Below are positions 61,601-64,000 of a stretch of DNA of 64,000 bases, piece by piece. Source of the DNA: Styela clava (Eukaryota); assembly GCF_964204865.1 (NCBI RefSeq), contig NC_135252.1, forward strand, positions 12,710,001-12,774,000, in the 5' to 3' direction. Made by a program: the position numbers and the translations under genes. Position 1 is the stretch's first letter, and every line of letters starts with the position of its first letter. The notes beneath the pieces were generated by a model. It was not told where the DNA came from. It did not search any database and saw nothing but the letters and a program-made list of their open reading frames with translations.

Positions 61601-63883
61601 AATCTCCTACAACAAAACGTTTGATTCCTGTTTTAATCTACAGTAATATTTTATTTTGCCGCTTTTCAATCAAAAAATTTGAAGCGCGAATTTATTCATT
61701 TGTGTGTCTTTAACATCTCGCGTCCATGAATATATAAAAATGTTCACTGTATTCACAATTATGTGAAAGTACAAGATATACTTATGTTGAGAAAAATTTG
61801 TGATTGAAAGATGAATTACCACAGACGTAATTAATTATGTTTACGTCCTAAATAACATGTGAAGCAAACGAAAACAAAATGCAATCGCATATTTTATAAG
61901 CGACTTTTTCAGTTATTCGAAAATTTCAAAAGGGGGAGGGGGCTCCACCCCAACCCCCTTGGCTGCACAACTGCACCCAGGCATGGCCAAAATATCAAAA
62001 TATCCAAGAATGGGTTTGAAATAGGTGTAGTAAATTATGAGCAAACTTTATATAAAATTTAAATAACCCATTTATTACCATCACTTACAGACACAATCCG
62101 GTATTGACAAATTCCATTCACCATTGAGATCGTTATCAACATCCTCACATTTAATCTCATTATGATCAACTGTAAGCCTTGTGCTATATCCACAGTGGAA
62201 TACACAATTAGAGTTCAGGTTGTCTGAATCAGTACAAGAGAAATATGTCTCAAAAGACAGTATTTCTGCATCAATTTTCGGACACTTTATTGCTGAAAAT
62301 GTTGAAATAAAAATATATTGGTTGTAAGACATTTTACGATAGAGAAAATCTTGAAACCAATGGAGGCTTATTTACACTATTCACAATGAACAGTCACACT
62401 TGAATCTAACAAAGGTGAGGAGCTATTATTCTTGGAATTATCACAATCTTTCAAGTTTGTCATTGTCTACAGATTTTATTTCGCCAACCTGCGTTCTGCG
62501 ATCGACTAAAATCTTGAAAAAGGTTCGCGATCGACTGATCGGTAATAAGATCATACACGAAAACGAATGGGTACTGAATATGCAGATAACTGCACACACA
62601 CATACAAAAAATTTCCCCGCTTCCAATAAGCTTAGCTTTGTAGGTGCATTCTTTAATTAAGGAAATTAACACACAATTTTTATTTGTATGTTCTATTTTA
62701 GCTGTTAAATTGATTGTACCAGAGTAAATGTTTCATCATTTATTTAAGATTTATTCAAAGCATTCAATTCAGATATACCGGTAAGCCTGCCTAATTTTTA
62801 GTCGTAAGTGTTGAAAATTTCTCAAGAAACCTCGCTAAGTATCAATGTATTATCTGAAGAGCGAATAATGAATATTCTCAAACCATGAGTGCTACATGTC
62901 TGTTCAAACTTCAGTATCTAATTTACAATTGCCACCAAGTGCTTCTTCGCTTTTTTGGAATTAAAAAAATAGTTCATTTTGATGCCGCTGCCACCATTGC
63001 GGATAAAATTGATCACACTACTCTTGGAGTGAGACAATAACTTTCGCATACTGCAGAAGTTATTGTAGGAACGTTCTTAGCCACCAATAATTGATAATTC
63101 ATTTCGAAACCTTAGCAGCGGCAAAACTTGCATTTATTACGTAATAAGATGCTGTGTCGGGCTTGCCCCAGATCGCATTTTGAGTACAGTGTACTCCTGT
63201 ACAGAGTACAGTATTCTTCCTGTTTTAAAACACTCAACTGGTTCAAGGAAATTTTTTGATGTATGTTATAAACTTCACTCAACATCAGACGTGATGGACT
63301 GCGCGAGATGTGGCGATCGACAGGTCGATCACAATCGACGTGTTGGCCACCCTGGTATATAGCGATGTGTGAAAAGTAAGATAAAAACTACCTACATACA
63401 TTATTTAAGCTAATTGAGAATTTGCCTGCAGGATTTACTAAAAATAGTTACATAACACTATAATTGTCGAAAATACTTCTAATGCAGGCCGGTTGATCGC
63501 AATCGACGAGTTGGCCACCCCTGAAATATAGCGATGTGTAAAAAGTAAGGTAAAAAATTACATACAATTGTAGGCTAACTGAAAATATCGCCTGCAGGAT
63601 TTGTTAAAAATAATTACATAACACTATAATTGTCGAACATACTCCTAATGTACTGAAACATCCCAGTTCTGATTACCTATAGCAAAACAGCTTGGAAACG
63701 ATGGAGTCCATATTCCATCAAAATCCCCATCTGGGTCAATGCAGTTAGAAATATCAGTATCCGAATTGAGTTGAAATCCATGATCACAATAAAATTTACA
63801 TTGTGGGTTTCCGTCCGCTTCGGAAAAATAACAGTAATAGCCCGTTCCTGGAGAAATTCCTTCCACACTAGGGCAATGCACAT
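1516..63883 (-). CDS. Giant multi-exon extracellular protein gene (partial, 5' end outside window): 55x sushi/CCP - vWA - 3x sushi - vWA; selectin/SVEP1-like modules; 65 exons, about 4,330 aa in window
   Basis: Regular series of about 200-nt minus-strand exons with AG/GT boundaries, all phase 1, each encoding C-x-C-x-S-x-C-x-F-x-C-x-C-x-W-x-P-x-C; frames join into two vWA domains at the 3' end. Confidence 0.9.
2055..2277 (-). CDS. vWA domain 2, exon c
   Basis: IEVEL...KGCTATGNAI...ILVILTDGRSNDDV. Confidence 0.88.
2345..2416 (-). CDS. vWA domain 2, exon b
   Basis: VGIIEYSGESAFMCASGALNPKYR, phase 0-0. Confidence 0.82.
3238..3386 (-). CDS. vWA domain 2, exon a
   Basis: DIILLIDGSGSINDEDF...GATR, intact DxSxS (hand-translated). 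Confidence 0.88.
3891..4085 (-). CDS. Sushi exon 58
   Basis: 195 nt, CVDAGKQGHVIWENPPPIC. Confidence 0.88.
4532..4726 (-). CDS. Sushi exon 57
   Basis: 195 nt, CGDPLGKGVGQW. Confidence 0.88.
5228..5422 (-). CDS. Sushi exon 56
   Basis: 195 nt, CGDMNGDGSVEW. Confidence 0.88.
5561..5710 (-). CDS. vWA domain 1, exon c
   Basis: DITILGIGVG...IDCK (hand-translated). Confidence 0.85.
5944..6166 (-). CDS. vWA domain 1, exon b
   Basis: IEMEL...GGCSHLGRAM...VIVLLLGGEAED; 223 nt, the same length as vWA2 exon c. Confidence 0.82.
6672..6883 (-). CDS. vWA domain 1, exon a
   Basis: LDVFILMDGSQKW...ISIAVYG; beta-A strand with degenerate DxSxS. Confidence 0.85.
7498..7698 (-). CDS. Sushi exon 55
   Basis: 201 nt, CADPGVNDGAGFW. 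Confidence 0.85.
8539..8718 (-). CDS. Sushi exon 54 (canonical short loop)
   Basis: 180 nt, CTKEGIWNSSTPTC, no acidic insert. Confidence 0.88.
9434..9643 (-). CDS. Sushi exon 53
   Basis: 210 nt, CEDRNRDGIGEW. Confidence 0.88.
9808..10135 (+). mobile_element. tRNA-derived SINE, family A (near full length)
   Basis: A-box-like tggcgcatcatgctaag, degenerate B-box gatttgaatcc; body ggtcggttacggct..ggactggtaac..ggttcgccatatg shared with other copies. Confidence 0.7.
10519..10716 (-). CDS. Sushi exon 52
   Basis: 198 nt, CSPPLKPPENG...CGLTETEDGGEW. Confidence 0.85.
11287..11484 (-). CDS. Sushi exon 51
   Basis: 198 nt, CVDKNGDGDGEW; last Cys codon split by the intron (T|GT). Confidence 0.8.
12053..12256 (-). 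CDS. Sushi exon 50
   Basis: 204 nt, CEDNDGDGNGEW. Confidence 0.88.
12816..13016 (-). CDS. Sushi exon 49
   Basis: 201 nt, hand-translated VSCKFDEK...CQDLDGDDFGDW. Confidence 0.88.
13902..14105 (-). CDS. Sushi exon 48
   Basis: 204 nt, CEDVDETSRGKW. Confidence 0.88.
14652..14852 (-). CDS. Sushi exon 47
   Basis: 201 nt, hand-translated DVVKCKPKL...CTDDNNDGIGRW. Confidence 0.85.
15654..15854 (-). CDS. Sushi exon 46
   Basis: 201 nt, CNDNDFDKIGEW. Confidence 0.88.
16555..16767 (-). CDS. Sushi exon 45
   Basis: 213 nt, CLENEEEEDAYLW; acceptor less certain. Confidence 0.8.
17134..17449. mobile_element. hAT-type MITE
   Basis: TIR cagggctactcaact / agttgagtagccctg; 8-bp TSD atatagac. Confidence 0.9.
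17747..17941 (-). CDS. Sushi exon 44
   Basis: 195 nt, hand-translated GIKCLPEY...CFDENNDGIGDW. Confidence 0.85.
18361..18564 (-). CDS. Sushi exon 43
   Basis: 204 nt, CKDKDKDGKGEW. Confidence 0.88.
19036..19242 (-). CDS. Sushi exon 42
   Basis: 207 nt, hand-translated AINCTELDL...CQDLDDDGVGEW (not in ORF track). Confidence 0.88.
19860..20048 (-). CDS. Sushi exon 41
   Basis: 189 nt, CEDPHGNKTGKW. Confidence 0.85.
20262..20480 (-). mobile_element. SINE family A, reverse copy (further partial copies about 7050-7200 +, 8790-8965 -, 11800-12005 +)
   Basis: gcatggacttgatggtg, ctctcgcacattattatc shared motifs. Confidence 0.5.
20627..20827 (-). CDS. Sushi exon 40
   Basis: 201 nt, CEDLNNDEHGSW. Confidence 0.88.
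21907..22113 (-). CDS. Sushi exon 39
   Basis: 207 nt, CEDRDADGFGEW. Confidence 0.88.
22245..23393. mobile_element. Degenerate or nested MITE with ccgata subterminal repeats
   Basis: Clusters of ccgata/gataccgata at 22245-22310 and 23330-23390; termini not resolved. Confidence 0.4.
23395..23640. repeat. Local tandem duplication (~140-bp unit)
   Basis: cagtagctttagtcac..gtgttcgc..agattc.ctcagaaa..taagtgtgtgtgacctt occurs twice. Confidence 0.8.
23780..23977 (-). CDS. Sushi exon 38
   Basis: 198 nt, CHDSNKDGVGEW. Confidence 0.88.
24797..25021 (-). CDS. Sushi exon 37
   Basis: 225 nt, CGDTDGDFNGEW. Confidence 0.88.
26088..26291 (-). CDS. Sushi exon 36
   Basis: 204 nt, CNDDDNDGFGDW. Confidence 0.88.
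26469..26675 (-). CDS. Sushi exon 35
   Basis: 207 nt, CEDANDDGVGEW. Confidence 0.88.
27014..27220 (-). CDS. Sushi exon 34 (unit 8, R4)
   Basis: 207 nt, CEDDDGDGEGEW. Confidence 0.9.
27823..28032 (-). CDS. Sushi exon 33 (unit 8, R3)
   Basis: 210 nt (extra VP), R3 repeat. Confidence 0.9.
29198..29401 (-). CDS. Sushi exon 32 (unit 8, R2)
   Basis: 204 nt, CEDNNNDKVGEW. Confidence 0.9.
29504..29843. mobile_element. Degenerate hAT-type MITE
   Basis: Imperfect TIR cagagatgtgcaac / gttgcacacatctg; ccatagaa on both flanks. Confidence 0.6.
29905..30108 (-). CDS. Sushi exon 31 (unit 8, R1)
   Basis: 204 nt, CEDSNDDGVGEW. Confidence 0.9.
30426..30700 (+). mobile_element. tRNA-derived SINE, family A
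   Basis: tggcgcattatgct, B-box ggttcgaacc, same body as the 9808 copy. Confidence 0.7.
30846..31052 (-). CDS. Sushi exon 30 (unit 7, R4)
   Basis: 207 nt, R4 repeat. Confidence 0.9.
31546..31749 (-). CDS. Sushi exon 29 (unit 7, R3)
   Basis: 204 nt, R3 repeat. Confidence 0.9.
33326..33529 (-). CDS. Sushi exon 28 (unit 7, R2)
   Basis: 204 nt, CEDNNNDEIGEW. Confidence 0.9.
33917..34120 (-). CDS. Sushi exon 27 (unit 7, R1)
   Basis: 204 nt, R1 repeat. Confidence 0.9.
34380..34586 (-). CDS. Sushi exon 26 (unit 6, R4)
   Basis: 207 nt, R4 repeat. Confidence 0.9.
35610..35813 (-). CDS. Sushi exon 25 (unit 6, R3)
   Basis: 204 nt, CVDSNNDGVGEW. Confidence 0.9.
36210..36900. repeat. Degenerate ~9-bp minisatellite (tgtacca/tgcacca-rich) in R2-R3 intron; also 38950-39600, 42370-42900, 49060-50030, and inverted at 28690-28930
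   Basis: Recurring tg(c/t)ac(c/a)a motif at about 9-nt spacing. Confidence 0.7.
37138..37341 (-). CDS. Sushi exon 24 (unit 6, R2)
   Basis: 204 nt, R2 repeat. Confidence 0.9.
37593..37796 (-). CDS. Sushi exon 23 (unit 6, R1)
   Basis: 204 nt, R1 repeat. Confidence 0.9.
38063..38269 (-). CDS. Sushi exon 22 (unit 5, R4)
   Basis: 207 nt, CEDIDGDGEGEW. Confidence 0.9.
38366..38569 (-). CDS. Sushi exon 21 (unit 5, R3)
   Basis: 204 nt, R3 repeat. Confidence 0.9.
39846..40049 (-). CDS. Sushi exon 20 (unit 5, R2)
   Basis: 204 nt, R2 repeat. Confidence 0.9.
40237..40963 (+). mobile_element. hAT (Charlie/Buster-like) internal-deletion element with N-terminal transposase remnant
   Basis: TIR caggggtgggcaca; TSD gattatac; broken frame MSSIKKRTYKDKNR..EWEE / KPLC*IC...SNVKRHHETNH zinc finger. 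Confidence 0.88.
41029..41232 (-). CDS. Sushi exon 19 (unit 5, R1)
   Basis: 204 nt, CEDSDDDGTGEW. Confidence 0.9.
41499..41705 (-). CDS. Sushi exon 18 (unit 4, R4)
   Basis: 207 nt, R4 repeat. Confidence 0.9.
41803..42006 (-). CDS. Sushi exon 17 (unit 4, R3)
   Basis: 204 nt, R3 repeat. Confidence 0.9.
43141..43344 (-). CDS. Sushi exon 16 (unit 4, R2)
   Basis: 204 nt, CQDNNDDEIGEW. Confidence 0.9.
43585..43788 (-). CDS. Sushi exon 15 (unit 4, R1)
   Basis: 204 nt, R1 repeat. Confidence 0.9.
44003..44312 (-). repeat. 3' LTR of Gypsy element
   Basis: Direct repeat of 47902-48211; preceded on the minus strand by a weak purine tract AAAGTGGCGGTGAA. Confidence 0.95.
44325..45512 (-). CDS. Gypsy integrase (continuation of pol after frameshifts)
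   Basis: HDALCHPG..CPVC zinc finger, IDIKGP, HSDRGS, NGQVERFN DDE motifs. Confidence 0.92.
   Translation of the reverse strand: MTFVIVGQENIPSDALSKISCATVQDPENHLLYKLHDALCHPGITRMSHFIQVRNLPYSMDDIRKVISTCPVCCECKPRFHNPDTGHLIKATQAFERLNIDIKGPLPSNNNNRYFLYVVDEFSRFPFAFPCPDVSTASVIKCLTQLFTTFGMPAFIHSDRGSAFMSRELRSFLNDKGIATSRTTPYNPAGNGQVERFNGTIWNGVKLALKSKRLPVQLWHEVLPDVLHSIRSLLCTATNETPHERVFKFSRRSTSGCSIPSWMSTPGPVLLKRYVRKSKTEPLVDEVELLEANPQYAHVRFPDGRETTVASKHLAPVGYEISMNRQGTDNINHETPLHVRDESSIQPMSPSINQGNNKTQTQEDIVENNIVSRSPSPPVLRRSIRERRTVDRLNL
45631..47856 (-). CDS. Gypsy gag-protease-reverse transcriptase-RNase H N-part (frameshifted in RNase H)
   Basis: Two CCHC knuckles (CFFC..H..C, CFKC..H..C), LFDSCS protease site, VDLKSAYHQ, LPFG, YFDN, ETDAS. 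Confidence 0.92.
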   Translation of the reverse strand: MDKVLRPERLEADPNSSEASCEWLHWKKTFDNFLNALPSEGLDKLGVLVNFISPRIFQNIEEAESYDTAIEILKTMFVKPLNEVYSRHVLATRNQQASENVDEYMQALKSLSKHCNFKAVSAVQNRDAYVRDAFIRGLNSTWIRQRLLENKHLDLNTTYDQARSLEVAIKNAEAYRVSDPSTVSAAAQNSETQNDETSCDIEKISATANSACFFCGGKKHPRSKCPARNVFCFKCHKKGHFIKVCRGTVFNPQNPDKVTACSNSYILGMAFDNTPKSLRGSSSVIHIEGHKVRALFDSCSSQSFIHPRLIERCNLPIKRDTVKDKVAMASLACSMPIKGCTAADIEYQGRHYRKFILRVMDDLCCDFLLGIDFQGQHQSVTYNYGGDRPPMSVCGFSTFKSLPPEPFKNLTADCHPIATKSLWYSKDDRKFIEMEVNRLLQEGIVKPSRSPWRAQVVVVKGENGKRRVVIDYSQTINKFTQLDAFPLPNMSDIINEIAHYRVYSTVDLKSAYHQVPLEKEDQKYTAFEAAGALFQFTRLPFGVTNGVACFQRAMMNLVKEENLTGVFAYFDNITICGHTQQDHDINLQKFLEAAKRRNLKLNENKSIFSTRKLQILGYEIEEGQIRPDPGRLEPLRRLPIPTSVSALKRCLGFFSYYSKWIPKFSDTIRPLASAKTFPLDDQAIHAFHELKRLVESAVVIAVDETLPFEVETDASDVALAATLKWLFSLACYKVQNSNTLQ
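47885..47900 (-). promoter_or_regulatory. Non-tRNA primer-binding site complementary to LTR segment 47939-47954 (self-priming type)
   Basis: Minus-strand TTTATTCAACTTAAAT 1 nt after the 5' LTR; no TGG start; perfect 16-nt complement inside the LTR. Confidence 0.75.
47902..48211 (-). repeat. 5' LTR of Gypsy element
   Basis: Direct repeat of 44003-44312, TG...CA termini. Confidence 0.95.
48269..48475 (-). CDS. Sushi exon 14 (unit 3, R4)
   Basis: 207 nt, R4 repeat. Confidence 0.9.
48575..48778 (-). CDS. Sushi exon 13 (unit 3, R3)
   Basis: 204 nt, R3 repeat. Confidence 0.9.
49343..49828. mobile_element. hAT-type MITE
   Basis: TIR caggcctgcacaac / gttgtgcaggcctg; 8-bp TSD atctactt; ggcccg subterminal motifs. 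Confidence 0.9.
50591..50794 (-). CDS. Sushi exon 12 (unit 3, R2)
   Basis: 204 nt, CEDNNNDDFGEW. Confidence 0.9.
51069..51272 (-). CDS. Sushi exon 11 (unit 3, R1)
   Basis: 204 nt, CEDFDDDGVGEW. Confidence 0.9.
52148..52354 (-). CDS. Sushi exon 10 (unit 2, R4)
   Basis: 207 nt, ag/gt, R4 repeat. Confidence 0.9.
52482..52685 (-). CDS. Sushi exon 9 (unit 2, R3)
   Basis: 204 nt, ag/gt, R3 repeat. Confidence 0.9.
52930..53185 (-). mobile_element. SINE family A, reverse copy (paralogous copy at about 56520-57230 split by an insertion)
   Basis: aatcatat..ccagttattt..gtaacagacc..ctcacataacc..tggattc matches reversed family A. Confidence 0.55.
53419..53622 (-). CDS. Sushi exon 8 (unit 2, R2)
   Basis: 204 nt, ag/gt, R2 repeat. 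Confidence 0.9.
53755..53958 (-). CDS. Sushi exon 7 (unit 2, R1)
   Basis: 204 nt, ag/gt, R1 repeat. Confidence 0.9.
54194..54400 (-). CDS. Sushi exon 6 (unit 1, R4)
   Basis: 207 nt, CPDLSTIVTNET...CEDNDGDGEGEW. Confidence 0.9.
54507..54710 (-). CDS. Sushi exon 5 (unit 1, R3)
   Basis: 204 nt, ...CIDTMKL...CVDSNDDGVGEW. Confidence 0.9.
55513..56433 (-). mobile_element. hAT (GTF2IRD2/EPM2AIP1-like) deletion derivative with C-terminal transposase remnant
   Basis: TSD gtctaggg; right TIR ggttgcccacccctg, left TIR partly deleted; ORF 55725-56021 FSSTYAC..LFS..KS..RSSL..QKSH. Confidence 0.85.
57477..57680 (-). CDS. Sushi exon 4 (unit 1, R2)
   Basis: 204 nt, CPYLNEFISS...CEDNNNDKVGEW. Confidence 0.9.
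57899..58969. mobile_element. hAT (Ac-like) MITE
   Basis: TIR tagggctgtccaa / ttggacagcccta; 8-bp TSD tgcagtac; subterminal tcgaat/attcga repeats. Confidence 0.9.
59339..59542 (-). CDS. Sushi exon 3 (unit 1, type R1)
   Basis: 204 nt, CPTLDPSTLAP...CEDSDDDGIGEW. Confidence 0.9.
60486..60921. mobile_element. pogo/Tc1-like MITE (related fragments at about 54760-54880 and 34995-35520)
   Basis: Ends taccgtatttc / gaaatccggta; internal gtcgcttttctagacc(c/a)aaatttt..gcctgattttgggg shared with 54780. Confidence 0.55.
62089..62292 (-). CDS. Sushi exon 2
   Basis: 204 nt, phase 1-1, CEDVDNDLNGEW. Confidence 0.88.
62478..63354. mobile_element. Degenerate hAT-like element
   Basis: gcgatcgac subterminal motifs at both ends, right end ttggccaccctg; left TIR eroded. 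Confidence 0.45.
63325..63650. repeat. Local tandem duplication (~167-bp unit) including a transposon end
   Basis: caatcgacg..ttggccaccc..tatagcgatgtgt..gcctgcaggattt..cataacactataattgtcgaa occurs twice. Confidence 0.8.
63677..63883 (-). CDS. Sushi exon 1 (first in window)
   Basis: ag/gt bounded, 207 nt, 6 Cys, loop CIDPDGDFDGIW. Confidence 0.85.
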   Translation of the reverse strand: MCIALVWKEFLQERAITVIFPKRTETHNVNFIVIMDFNSIRILIFLTALTQMGILMEYGLHRFQAVLL

Positions 63884-64000
63884 CTAAACAAAAATATATT
63901 TTTATGTACAATGCCTTCAAACATACTGTACTTTCAAAGAAGTCATATACTTAGCCCAATATCGTGGAAAAAGAGTGACTGAATATTGTATGGTAAGTTT

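Overview
AT-rich eukaryotic (invertebrate animal-like, possibly tunicate; host identity is inference) genomic DNA. Nearly the whole window is the 3' part of one very large intron-rich minus-strand gene. I mapped 65 coding exons (about 13.0 kb, about 4,330 aa; the 5' end lies beyond the window). They encode 55 six-cysteine selectin-type sushi/CCP modules, a vWA domain with a degenerate MIDAS, 3 more sushi modules and a second vWA with an intact MIDAS. Each sushi module is one symmetric phase-1 exon. 50 of 58 carry an inserted acidic D-x-[DN]-x-D-(G)-x-G-E-W loop resembling a Ca2+-binding motif. 32 modules form eight tandem copies of a four-exon cassette whose exons are near-identical even where the introns are unalignable. 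The introns hold a young Ty3/Gypsy LTR retrotransposon (44003-48211) with no tRNA primer-binding site but a perfect 16-nt LTR-complementary site suggesting self-priming. They also hold several hAT-derived MITEs with 8-bp TSDs, pogo/Tc1-like MITEs, tRNA-derived SINE copies and a degenerate 9-bp minisatellite. Exon boundaries were read by eye from GT/AG and frame, with no transcript evidence.
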